From Verrucomicrobiota bacterium (GTDB lineage Bacteria; Verrucomicrobiota; Verrucomicrobiia; Limisphaerales; UBA1412), in contig JAEENR010000223.1 of assembly GCA_016283885.1 (NCBI GenBank), positions 1-38,438 on the forward strand: 38,438 nucleotides of DNA, given 5' to 3'. The translations under genes and the position numbers were made by a program. The notes under the pieces are model-generated. The model did no database searches. It saw nothing but the letters and a program-made list of their open reading frames with translations, and had not been told where the DNA came from. Below are positions 25,781 to 35,033 of this stretch, piece after piece (position 1 is the first letter of the stretch; every line of letters begins with the position of its first letter).

Positions 25781-27151
25781 GTGGCTTCGCTTGCCTTGGA
25801 AATAGAAGTGCAAAAGTTCAAAGAGTTGTTTGAACGTGTTCAGTCACTGACGCTGGATTTTGAGGAAATGCGTCAGCGGGTTCGTGTTGTCGAACGTCAT
25901 ATTCTTTTGCCGATCAAACTGTTGGCCGCTCCATTCGTGATGTGGGCCGCTCTGTCCCACCTGTGGAAAGCGGAGGTGGTTTCCCACTGGGATGCCACCA
26001 TGCACGCGATCTATCTGTTCTTTCTGGCCTATTTCATGATCTCAGTGGCCTGGGCGATATTGATCTGGGGCATGAATGACCTGAAACAGTGGCAGCTGAC
26101 CACAGTGGTTTTCGCGGGGATTGTGACGGATATTTTCTTTCTGTCCGGATTGATGGTCGCGTCCAAAGGATTCGACAGTCCGATCTTCTGGCTGTTTGCC
26201 TTGTGGATCGTCCACAGCGTGGCCTGTTTGCCCAGCTTTGCTCATCAGCTGAGTGCAAACACGATCATTTTCATCGTGTATGTGGCGGCAGGTATATTGG
26301 AGAACTGGGCGGTTTCAGCAGATGGTTTTGAACGGGAAGATTTTGTGGAATCTGTAGTACTGCGTATCTTTTTCCTGATCATGCTTTCTGCCTGCAGTAT
26401 GGGGATGCATCTGGTGCTTGTGCGCCAGAAACAGGTCAGGGAAGAGGCTCAAGAGTTCCTGCTGCGCCAGGAACAGATCCGCGCCAATGGCCGGCTGGCG
26501 GCGGAGATCGCCCACCAGCTCAAGAATCCACTGGGCATCATCAATAACGTTGTTTATATCATCCAGAGAAAAGTGGAACGAGGCAAGACGGATATACAGG
26601 GACAAATCCAGATCATCCGTGAGGAGATAGACCGTTCTGACCGTATTATCACCGATTTGATGGGATATGCCAAACTGGCCGAAGGCAACCTGGAGCGGCT
26701 GGACATTAATAATGAGCTGGACTGGGCGGCCTCACAGGTCTTTCCCAAAGGTTCGCAATTCGGCATCCAGATCATTCGCGAGTATGCGCAGGGCCTGCCT
26801 AACATCCTGATGCAAAGGAGTCATCTGTCCGAGGTGCTGATGAATCTGCTCTCGAATGCGCGGGATATCCTGGTGGACCGGGGGCAGATCGCTTTACGGA
26901 CCCGATTTGGTCAGAATTATGCCGTGATCGTGGAAGTGGCGGATAACGGTCCCGGTATGGAACCGGATATCCTGCCGCAGATATGGACACCCTATTTCAC
27001 GACCAAGAAAAAAGGGACAGGTCTGGGACTGGCTATCGTCAAGCATAATGTGGAGATGTACGGCGGCCATATCGAGGTTTATTCAGAGCCGGGGAAGGGA
27101 ACTTGTTTCACCATTGAACTTCCGGCTCGTTCATTTTTGAAATTAAGTTAA
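25781..27151 (+). CDS. Membrane sensor histidine kinase (HisKA + HATPase_c)
   Basis: About 6 TM helices; AEIAHQLKNPL H-box, NLLSNA N-box, DNGPG, PYFTTK, GTGLGL. Confidence 0.93.
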   Translation: MASLALEIEVQKFKELFERVQSLTLDFEEMRQRVRVVERHILLPIKLLAAPFVMWAALSHLWKAEVVSHWDATMHAIYLFFLAYFMISVAWAILIWGMNDLKQWQLTTVVFAGIVTDIFFLSGLMVASKGFDSPIFWLFALWIVHSVACLPSFAHQLSANTIIFIVYVAAGILENWAVSADGFEREDFVESVVLRIFFLIMLSACSMGMHLVLVRQKQVREEAQEFLLRQEQIRANGRLAAEIAHQLKNPLGIINNVVYIIQRKVERGKTDIQGQIQIIREEIDRSDRIITDLMGYAKLAEGNLERLDINNELDWAASQVFPKGSQFGIQIIREYAQGLPNILMQRSHLSEVLMNLLSNARDILVDRGQIALRTRFGQNYAVIVEVADNGPGMEPDILPQIWTPYFTTKKKGTGLGLAIVKHNVEMYGGHIEVYSEPGKGTCFTIELPARSFLKLS

Positions 27152-27173
27152 AATAGCGCGGGGAGTGTGTACG

Positions 27174-28574
27174 ATGAAAAAGACATTGCCACCTTTAATG
27201 ATCGTTGATGATGAGAGAAACATGCGGCTTTCTCTGCAGACGGTATTATCTGATGAGGGATACGAAGTCATCGCGGAGGATTCTGCTGAGAATGCTTATA
27301 AGACTTTGGAATCGAAAGAGGTCTTTATCATCATCACGGATGCCCGGCTGGGCGGGATGAGTGGATATGAGTTCCTGAAGAAGGTCAAAGAGCGCTGGAA
27401 GGATATCCCGGTGGTAATGATCACGGGTTATGCTACACCGAAGCTGGCTGTGGATGCGATCAAGTCCGGTGCGATCGACTATCTGGCCAAGCCCTTCGCA
27501 CCGGAGGAGTTGATCCACTGCGTGAAGCGCTGTGCCGATCTCTATCAGTTGGTGGAGGAGAACCGTACTCTGAAAGTGGCGGCTACCGAGCAGTTCTCGT
27601 TGGACGGCATTATCGGCAATGATCCTTCCATGCAGTCGCTCAAGGAGCTGATCCAGACTGTGGCACCTACGGATGCTACAGTCCTGATCCTGGGTGAAAG
27701 CGGTACAGGTAAGGAGCTGATTGCCGGGGCGATTCATCATCTGAGCCGCCGTCAGACATCCAATTATGTGCGCATCAACTGCGCCGCAATTCCGGAGGCG
27801 TTGCTGGAAAGCGAGTTGTTCGGCCACGAAAAGGGATCCTTTACCGGAGCGCTCAAGCGCAAGATAGGTCGTGTGGAGGAAGCCGATGGCGGTACGATCT
27901 TTCTGGATGAAATTGGCGATATGAGCCGGCCTCTTCAGGCTAAACTGCTTCGTTTTCTGGAGGATGGAAGTTTTACACGAGTGGGTGGTAATGAGGAATT
28001 GAAAGTGGATGTGCGTCTGGTGGCTGCTACAAACCGTGATGTGATCGAGTTGATACATCAGGGCAGTTTCCGCGAGGATCTGTTCCACCGTCTGAATGTG
28101 GTACAGTTCCGTCCGCCGCCGCTGAGAGAGCGTGGAGGTGATGTTATCTTATTGGCTGAGTTCTTCTTGAAACAGTTTTCATCCAATCTGGGCAAGTCCA
28201 TCAAGGGGTTTACCAAAGCCGCTGAAGAGAAGCTGACCCGTCACCATTGGCCTGGGAATGTGCGTGAACTGCGCAACGCGGTGGAACGCGCGGTCATTTT
28301 GGAACGAGGTGACCAGATCAGCCCGGAGAATTTGCCCAGTTTCCAGATCGAAAGCCGTCTGCGCAAGGATTCCAATGCTTACGAATCCTTCAATTCGTAT
28401 GAAGAAATACTTGAAGATTGCGAACGGAATATGCTATTAACTACCCTCGAGCTGTGTGATTACAGTCTTGCGCGCGCTGCAGAGCGTTTGAAGATCACAG
28501 AGGCACTTCTCAAGAAGAAAGCCCAAAAGCTCAATTTAATTATAGGTTCCGTTCCCGGCAGGGCAGGACGCTAG
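27174..28574 (+). CDS. Sigma54-dependent response regulator (NtrC family)
   Basis: Receiver (VDDE, ITD, KP); [50 protein letters not shown]; ATG 27174. Confidence 0.95.
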   Translation: MKKTLPPLMIVDDERNMRLSLQTVLSDEGYEVIAEDSAENAYKTLESKEVFIIITDARLGGMSGYEFLKKVKERWKDIPVVMITGYATPKLAVDAIKSGAIDYLAKPFAPEELIHCVKRCADLYQLVEENRTLKVAATEQFSLDGIIGNDPSMQSLKELIQTVAPTDATVLILGESGTGKELIAGAIHHLSRRQTSNYVRINCAAIPEALLESELFGHEKGSFTGALKRKIGRVEEADGGTIFLDEIGDMSRPLQAKLLRFLEDGSFTRVGGNEELKVDVRLVAATNRDVIELIHQGSFREDLFHRLNVVQFRPPPLRERGGDVILLAEFFLKQFSSNLGKSIKGFTKAAEEKLTRHHWPGNVRELRNAVERAVILERGDQISPENLPSFQIESRLRKDSNAYESFNSYEEILEDCERNMLLTTLELCDYSLARAAERLKITEALLKKKAQKLNLIIGSVPGRAGR

Positions 28575-28602
28575 TTTTTCGACTGCAGGGATTAATTAAA
28601 AA

Positions 28603-29109
28603 ATGTTTGCTTTTATTGTTTCTGTTTTAGCCCAATTTGATGGGATAACGTCTGTTGAATCGGATGCGGTCAGCACCTCGTATAAATTCAATGTGGAGAC
28701 GCTGTGCGGTGTGCTGATTTTGCTGATACTGGGTATTGGACTTGGTATATGGATCGCTTTCAAGAATATCCAGCATAAGAAGAAGCGCCATCATCACCAC
28801 CATCATCACCATCATTCCTCCTCTTCTGAAAAGAAGGAGTCTGAAAAGAAGGAGGACTCTTCCGATTCTTCTGATTCCTCCGAAAAGGAGGAAAGCGATG
28901 ATTCCGACTCCAAATCAGAATCTTCTGATGATGAGGAAGACGATGAGGAAAAAGAGAAGCACCACAGCGGACATCACCGCAAACGCCGCCGCCGCAGGGA
29001 ACATCGTCCGCGTGGCAAGACCTTAGCTGAAAGTGGTGGACTGCCTCCGGTGCGTCCGCCGGGAGTCCCACCGCCGGCAGTCATCAAACGTGATGACGAG
29101 TATAGGTAA
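28603..29109 (+). CDS. Single-pass membrane protein with His9, Ser/Asp/Glu and Arg-rich low-complexity tail
   Basis: TM helix followed by KKKR-H9-SSSS, an acidic tract, HHRKRRRRREHRPR and TLAESGGLPP; tightly spaced within the operon. Confidence 0.75.
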   Translation: MFAFIVSVLAQFDGITSVESDAVSTSYKFNVETLCGVLILLILGIGLGIWIAFKNIQHKKKRHHHHHHHHHSSSSEKKESEKKEDSSDSSDSSEKEESDDSDSKSESSDDEEDDEEKEKHHSGHHRKRRRRREHRPRGKTLAESGGLPPVRPPGVPPPAVIKRDDEYR

Positions 29110-29114
29110 AAACG

Positions 29115-29990
29115 GTGCAGATCCAGTCATCCAGTCAAGAGATCACTAAAAAGAGCGCCTCCAATCTCGCTCTGGCTTTCATATTGCTGCCCAAGGAGAA
29201 ACGGAACGCGATGGTTTCACTTTACGCGTTCTGCCGCATGGTGGATGACATTGCCGATGAAGAGACTTCTCCCGTGGAAACACGTCGTGCGGAGCTGAGC
29301 CGTTGGAGGGAAGGTCTGCGGAAGATCTGCGATGGAGGATCTTCGGATATCCCTGTGCTGGAAGAATTCGCACCGGTCATCCGTCAGTACGGCATTCCTT
29401 ATGAGCTGATGAACGAACTGATCCTGGGCGTGGAAATGGATCTGGACAAGGCTGAGTACCGCACTTGGGAGGAGCTGGATCTTTACTGTTACCGGGTGGC
29501 TTCTGTTGTCGGATTGATGAGTCTGAAGATCTTTGGCTATACCCGGTCGGAAACAGAGGAATACGCCCTGGCCTTGGGGCGTGCTTTGCAGTACACCAAT
29601 ATCCTGCGTGATGTGAAGACGGATCGCGAAAAGGGTCGCATCTATCTGCCCTCTGAGGAATTTCAAAAGTTCGGAGTTACCCGTCAGAATATTCTGGACT
29701 GTCGCTACACGGAGAATTACCGCCAATTTGCCGAACACTACAAAGAACGCACGGTCGGCTATTACCAGAAGGCTTTGCAAGTCCTGCCGCCGGAGGATCG
29801 TCCTAATATGATCGCGGCTGAATTGATGGGAGCCGTTTACTGGCAGCTGCTGCGCAAGCTGATCCATTCTGATTATAACGTTTTTGCCCACAAACCGGTG
29901 CGTCTGAGCAAAGGGGAGAAGATCTGCCGCATCCTGCTCACCTGGATCAAGTTCAAACTAGGCAGCAAATCCCCCAATTACGGAGTCTGA
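29115..29990 (+). CDS. hpnD: Presqualene diphosphate synthase (squalene/phytoene synthase family)
   Basis: LYAFCRMVDDIADE, GVEMDL, YCYRVASVVGL, ALQYTNILRDV..D...GRIYLP; adjacent to hpnK. Confidence 0.85.
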   Translation: MQIQSSSQEITKKSASNLALAFILLPKEKRNAMVSLYAFCRMVDDIADEETSPVETRRAELSRWREGLRKICDGGSSDIPVLEEFAPVIRQYGIPYELMNELILGVEMDLDKAEYRTWEELDLYCYRVASVVGLMSLKIFGYTRSETEEYALALGRALQYTNILRDVKTDREKGRIYLPSEEFQKFGVTRQNILDCRYTENYRQFAEHYKERTVGYYQKALQVLPPEDRPNMIAAELMGAVYWQLLRKLIHSDYNVFAHKPVRLSKGEKICRILLTWIKFKLGSKSPNYGV

Positions 29991-30006
29991 CCTCTTCGTC
30001 TGTCTT

Positions 30007-30822
30007 ATGCGATTGATCATTAACGCTGATGATTTTGGCAGGGATCCCGGTGCCAACGAAGCTATTGCCGACGCGCATGACCGTGGCATCCTGACCACGA
30101 CCAGCCTGATGGTCAATGAACCTTCCGCGGCCGCTGCTGTGGAACTGGCTCGCCAGCGTCCCCGTCTGGGAGTGGGAATCCATCTGACACTTGTTTTTGG
30201 TCATGGTGGTTTGTCTCATGCACAAGTTCCACATCTGGTGGATGAACAGGGAAAACTTTCTTACAACGCACCTGCGGCAGGGATGCGCTATTTCTTTCAC
30301 CGTGCGGCTCGCGAAGAACTGCGGGTTGAGATTGCCGAGCAATTCCGCCGTTTTCGCGAGACTGGTCTGCCTCTGGATCATGTGAACGGTCATCTGCATC
30401 TGCATCTGCATCCCGTGGTAGCGGATATCCTGTTGGAGCATGCGAGGGAGTGGGGGATCCACGGATTCCGCTGGAGCCGGGATCTTTTCTGGTTTAGCTG
30501 GAAGCTGGGACGGGGACCACTGTTCTACAGGGTCAGCCATGCTGTTATCTTCAACTTGCTGAGTCTGAGAGTCAAAAAACGTCTGGAACGTCTGGGAATC
30601 AGGCATACGCGGCGGGTTTTCGGTCTGATGCAGACTTCCCATGTGGAGGAACCCTACCTGCTGAAACTGCTGGATCATCTGCCGTCGGGTGACTCTGAAG
30701 TCTATTCCCATCCTTCCACGGAACCGAAATATCAGGCTGAATACCAGGCATTGATCGCACCCGAAGTTATCCGCAAGCTCAAAAATAGTTCCATCACACC
30801 CATCCGCTACAGTGATCTATAG
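30007..30822 (+). CDS. hpnK: Hopanoid biosynthesis-associated protein HpnK (YdjC/ChbG deacetylase family)
   Basis: LIINADDFG, GILTTTSLMV, GIHLTL, LDHVNGHLHLHLHP, SEVYSHP. Confidence 0.85.
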   Translation: MRLIINADDFGRDPGANEAIADAHDRGILTTTSLMVNEPSAAAAVELARQRPRLGVGIHLTLVFGHGGLSHAQVPHLVDEQGKLSYNAPAAGMRYFFHRAAREELRVEIAEQFRRFRETGLPLDHVNGHLHLHLHPVVADILLEHAREWGIHGFRWSRDLFWFSWKLGRGPLFYRVSHAVIFNLLSLRVKKRLERLGIRHTRRVFGLMQTSHVEEPYLLKLLDHLPSGDSEVYSHPSTEPKYQAEYQALIAPEVIRKLKNSSITPIRYSDL

Positions 30823-30969
30823 GCTGTTCCGCGGCCTGAACATTGCGAGAAACAAAGAATTTTGCGGAGAAAACCGATTTTTCTTCCTTATTACTTGACT
30901 TGAAATCCCCGGATATGAGATGATGCGCGTCACGGGTGCGGCTCCCTGACTTAGAGCCGAAGCTCTGGT

Positions 30970-31061
30970 GGAGAGGTGGCCGAGTGGCTGAAGGCGGCGG
31001 TTTGCTAAACCGTTGTACGGGTAACACCGTACCGGGGGTTCGAATCCCCCCTTCTCCGCCA
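30970..31061 (+). tRNA. tRNA-Ser(GCT)
   Basis: GGAGAGG/CTTCTCC acceptor stem, anticodon loop TT-GCT-AA, long variable arm, GGGGG-TTCGAAT-CCCCC T-arm, encoded CCA. Confidence 0.97.
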
Positions 31062-31128
31062 TTTCTTTTTCTTTTTCCATTTACTGATTAGACAGAATTT
31101 GCCCAGAGGTGAGAAATTGTATCTTGTT

Positions 31129-31638
31129 ATGGAGTTAATTGTTAGTTACGAAAAAATATTGTTTTTTATTACCATATTGATACTTCTTTTCTTGCTACCC
31201 ATCGGAGTTCTCATACGGGGCATTATCTGTAAGGGCAGTCGTTGTATTATTATTGGATCCGTATGGCTTTTTGTTTCTCTGGCTCTTGTTGCAGTTTTTG
31301 TGGATTTGTGTAGCACAAGCAGAGAAAAGATTCTCGATGCGGGAATGGTACCTGATGGCCGGGAATATGTACTGATGCAGCTATGGAATGGCGAACCGTA
31401 TAGAATCAATCTGTATGTAAGGAACTTGGAGGAAAAATGGGTTTTCTACTATGTAGAGCATGAATCTTGGCCTTGGCTGAGTGGCGGACATATAGAGTTT
31501 ACGAACAATATGGCCAGGGTCTTTAAAGGTTCCGAATTGTATCTAGATGTTGAACTTGATTTTTCATCAGATGGAGACAAATGCTATTCATCATCTTTTA
31601 CCGCAGATGATTTGTTTCAACATCTTCGCAAAGAATGA
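31129..31638 (+). CDS. AT-rich hypothetical membrane protein (2 TM + soluble domain)
   Basis: Open frame with two hydrophobic helices; ATG 31129 preferred over TTG 31099; no family recognised. Confidence 0.6.
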   Translation: MELIVSYEKILFFITILILLFLLPIGVLIRGIICKGSRCIIIGSVWLFVSLALVAVFVDLCSTSREKILDAGMVPDGREYVLMQLWNGEPYRINLYVRNLEEKWVFYYVEHESWPWLSGGHIEFTNNMARVFKGSELYLDVELDFSSDGDKCYSSSFTADDLFQHLRKE

Positions 31639-31693
31639 GCTTGTAAATCAGATATTTTTGGAAATAACTGATCATCTTTTGAAAATAACCTTC

Positions 31694-31721
31694 TGGACAA
31701 TACGTTTATTTTGTGTACAAT
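31694..31721 (+). promoter_or_regulatory. Putative promoter of the tatA-tatC-hisD operon
   Basis: TGGACA-N16-TACAAT. Confidence 0.4.
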
Positions 31722-31845
31722 CGGTTTCGCTATGGCGGCTTAGCGATTGAATTCGCTCTGGTACATGCTGTTTAAGTGGTGGTAGGTAGGAAACGGGTGC
31801 ATTGGTTTCGTCTTGGCAATCATTAACTTAATAAAGAAAGTATAG

Positions 31846-32127
31846 ATGAATATGAACGGTTTATTAGCGTTTGTTGTGCCGGGTGGATGGGAACTCGTCC
31901 TGATCGTGATCGTGGTTTTACTGCTCTTCGGAGCAAAGAAGATCCCCGAACTGGCTAAAGGTTTGGGCACGGGTATCAAAGAGTTCAAGAAGGCCACCAA
32001 TGAGATCAACAGTGAAGTGCAGCGTGCGATGGAAGATGAACCTGCCAAAAGCACTCCTTCACAATCAAATCAGCAGTCGGCTTCTTCCACGAAGAATTCC
32101 CAGTCGGATCAGGCACCCAAGGCCTAG
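31846..32127 (+). CDS. tatA: Twin-arginine translocase TatA/TatE subunit
   Basis: [38 protein letters not shown]. Confidence 0.95.
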   Translation: MNMNGLLAFVVPGGWELVLIVIVVLLLFGAKKIPELAKGLGTGIKEFKKATNEINSEVQRAMEDEPAKSTPSQSNQQSASSTKNSQSDQAPKA

Positions 32128-32157
32128 TATTCCTGGAGTTTTTATCCATAGAACACT

Positions 32158-33711
32158 ATGGCTGACGAGCCTGAAGATCCCATTCTGGATTCAGAAGAAG
32201 AGGAAGGCGGGCCGATAAAAGGTTTTCTGGAACACCTGGAGGATCTCCGCTGGGTGTTCCTCAAGAGTTTTACGGCTCTTTTCATCGCGCTGCTGGTCTG
32301 TCTGTTTGGCGCGCCGACGATCATTAGTATTCTGAAAAAACCTCTTGAGGAATCGGGCAGACTGGAAAGTCTCTACGGTTCCAAGGGGGCTTCTATCGCG
32401 GTACGGGTCGGCACGAATACGGTCGGCACTTTCAGACCGGGCACCGCGTATATGCAAGGGCTGGCGGCTCTCAATGTCCCTTCTAATCAAAATGTCACGC
32501 TGGATCTCTATCCCGTGACGCACGGGACGAATCACTATCTGGCCTTTGCCATCAATACCAATGAGGCCGAATTTCCACAGAAAGCGCCTGTCCAGCTGTT
32601 GAACCTGACACCGGCTTCAGGTTTTCTGGTAGCGCTGCAGGTGGCGTTTTACGGTGGTCTGGTATTCGCTTCGCCCTTTATTTTATTCTTTATCGCGCAA
32701 TTTGTTCTGCCGGCTTTGAAGGTGAATGAGCTGCGCTATGTCCGCAAAGCTTTCCTGTTGGGTGTAGGTCTCTTCCTGATGGGGCTTGCTCTTTGTTACT
32801 ATCTGATGCTGCCGATCGCCTTGAGAGCGGCAGTCTGGTTCTCAAATCAGATGGGCTTTGGCGCGTTTCAGTGGACAGCCGATACTTATATCGGTTTTGT
32901 GACGAAATTCATGCTGGCCATGGGCATCGGCTTTGAACTGCCGATCTTCCTGCTGCTGTTCGTCAAGATCGGTCTGATCAACTACAGCACGCTGGCCAAG
33001 AACCGCAAGCTGGTCTTTATCATCATTTTGGTAATAGCAGCTATCCTGACGCCGCCGGATGTGGTTACCCAGATCGCGATGGCTGTTCCCCTCTATATCC
33101 TCTTTGAGATCACGGCGATGATCGCCTGGTTCTGGGAGCGGAAAGAGAAGAAGCTGAAAGAGGCGGAAGAGGCTGCCGAAGCCGCTGAGCTGGAGGCCCG
33201 CCGACAGGAGCGCAACCGCCGTGTGGCGGAAGCTGCCCGCGCGAAGCAGGAAGAGAAATTTGCCCTGGAATCGAATCAAACTCAGACGACCGAAACCGCT
33301 TCGGGTGAAACCTCGGAAACAGATCCGGAAGCGACTTCGGAAACAGAAGAGACTTCGGATGAAGATGCCGATGAATCGGAGAATGAGGCTGAGGACGAAG
33401 AGGAAAAGACCGGGGAAGAGGCTGAGGCAAAGATAGATCCGGCTTTAGCGGAGATGGTGGCTAAAGAACCCTTCCAGCCGGAAGGAGAGCCGAATCCGCC
33501 TTATGTTCCGCCGCTGGAAGAGGATCCCGGTTATCAGCCTTACGCAGAGGCACTGGCACAGTCCTCCGGTTCGGAACCGGAACCGGCAGAGACCGGAACG
33601 GAGACTTCGGATGCCGTTGAAAATGAGATGGTAGAAACGGAGACTCCGGCGGAAGAGGAAGAAAAGTCCCGGTGGACTGATGATGACAGGAACCCCGATA
33701 TCCCTTTATAG
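32158..33711 (+). CDS. tatC: Twin-arginine translocase TatC with periplasmic insertion and long acidic tail
   Basis: FLEHLEDLRW, FVLPAL, GIGFELP, AAILTPPDVVTQ, PLYILFE; directly after tatA. Confidence 0.93.
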   Translation: MADEPEDPILDSEEEEGGPIKGFLEHLEDLRWVFLKSFTALFIALLVCLFGAPTIISILKKPLEESGRLESLYGSKGASIAVRVGTNTVGTFRPGTAYMQGLAALNVPSNQNVTLDLYPVTHGTNHYLAFAINTNEAEFPQKAPVQLLNLTPASGFLVALQVAFYGGLVFASPFILFFIAQFVLPALKVNELRYVRKAFLLGVGLFLMGLALCYYLMLPIALRAAVWFSNQMGFGAFQWTADTYIGFVTKFMLAMGIGFELPIFLLLFVKIGLINYSTLAKNRKLVFIIILVIAAILTPPDVVTQIAMAVPLYILFEITAMIAWFWERKEKKLKEAEEAAEAAELEARRQERNRRVAEAARAKQEEKFALESNQTQTTETASGETSETDPEATSETEETSDEDADESENEAEDEEEKTGEEAEAKIDPALAEMVAKEPFQPEGEPNPPYVPPLEEDPGYQPYAEALAQSSGSEPEPAETGTETSDAVENEMVETETPAEEEEKSRWTDDDRNPDIPL

Positions 33712-33714
33712 ACA

Positions 33715-35016
33715 ATGAAGATCCTGAAATATAACGATGCCGCTTTTGAGGCGGAATTTGAAGCCGTGCTGGCTACCTCCAGTTTGTTCGATGCGGAGGT
33801 GGAAGCCAGTGTCCGCAAGATACTGGAAGCCGTGCGCACAAAAGGCGACAAAGCTCTGGTTGATTTTGCCGCGAAATTCGACAAAGTCACCCTTCGTCCC
33901 GACGGACTCAAGGTCACCGTGGAAGAACAGGTGGCCGCTGCGCTCAAGACGGTTTGTCAGCCGGGTGTGGAAAAGGCGATGAAGGAGGCTCATAAGAACA
34001 TTGCTTCCTTTGCTAAGAAATCTTTGCGCAAGAACTGGCAGAGCACTAATTCCCATGGAGCCAAAGTGGGCGAGAAATTCGATCCTTTCTACCGGGTGGG
34101 CATCTATGTTCCTGCGGGGAAAGCGCCTTTGGCCAGTACCGCGCTGATGACCATCACGCTGGCGGCCGCGGCGGGCTGCAAGGAGATCGTTGTCTGCACG
34201 CCATGCGGCAAAGACGGCACTATCCAGCCGGAACTGCTTTATGCGGCGATGCTGGCCGGTGCGACCGAGATCTATCGTGTGGGAGGAGCTCAGGCCATCG
34301 CGGCGATGGCTTACGGTACCCGGACGATCGGCAAGGTCCAAAAGATCTTTGGGCCAGGCAACGCTTATGTCGTGGCGGCCAAACGGCTGCTGTTCGGTCA
34401 TGTGGCGCTGGATCTGCTGCCGGGGCCCAGTGAAGTGCTGGTGATCGCGGACGCGGATGCGAACCCGGCGTTCATCGCGGCGGATATTCTGGCACAGGCT
34501 GAACACGGTTCCGGCAAGGAACGGGTCTGGATGGTGACTCCGTCCGGACGAATCCTGACCGCGGTGCGCAAGGAGATCGAGAAACAGTTGAAGACCTCCG
34601 ACCGCAAGGAGCTGTTAAGTCGTGTCCTGGAGAACGGAACGGCCCTGATCCAGGTCAAGGATATGAAACAGGCGGTCACTCTGGCAAACCGGCTGGCACC
34701 GGAACACTGCGAGGTGATGACAAAGGATCCGCGCGCGGTGGCGGATCAGATCCACACGGCGGGCGCTTTGATGCTGGGCAGCTATTCTCCGGCAGTGCTG
34801 GGGGATTATGTGGCCGGCCCCAGTCATACTCTGCCGACAGGCGGTGCGGGAGTTTCTTTCGCGGGTCTGACGGTGGATCAATTCCAGCGCAGGACGAGCG
34901 TGGTGGAATACAGCAAGACCAGTCTGAAAAAAGCTTTGCCGACGGTGCAGAAGTTCGCAGCGATGGAGGGTCTGACCGCGCATGGACGTTCTGCCGAGAT
35001 GAGATTGAAAAAATAA
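33715..35016 (+). CDS. hisD: Histidinol dehydrogenase
   Basis: GIYVPAG, GGAQAIAAMAYG, GPGNAYV, GPSEV, AQAEH, APEH, GDYVAGPSHTLPT. Confidence 0.97.
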   Translation: MKILKYNDAAFEAEFEAVLATSSLFDAEVEASVRKILEAVRTKGDKALVDFAAKFDKVTLRPDGLKVTVEEQVAAALKTVCQPGVEKAMKEAHKNIASFAKKSLRKNWQSTNSHGAKVGEKFDPFYRVGIYVPAGKAPLASTALMTITLAAAAGCKEIVVCTPCGKDGTIQPELLYAAMLAGATEIYRVGGAQAIAAMAYGTRTIGKVQKIFGPGNAYVVAAKRLLFGHVALDLLPGPSEVLVIADADANPAFIAADILAQAEHGSGKERVWMVTPSGRILTAVRKEIEKQLKTSDRKELLSRVLENGTALIQVKDMKQAVTLANRLAPEHCEVMTKDPRAVADQIHTAGALMLGSYSPAVLGDYVAGPSHTLPTGGAGVSFAGLTVDQFQRRTSVVEYSKTSLKKALPTVQKFAAMEGLTAHGRSAEMRLKK

Positions 35017-35033
35017 ATTCCTGAGATTTTAAA

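Noticed and set aside
30817-31080. 87-aa minus-strand ORF
   Set aside because: It is the antisense reading of tRNA-Ser.
30970-31700. Prophage or integrative element at tRNA-Ser
   Set aside because: No integrase, phage genes or att-like direct repeat was seen.
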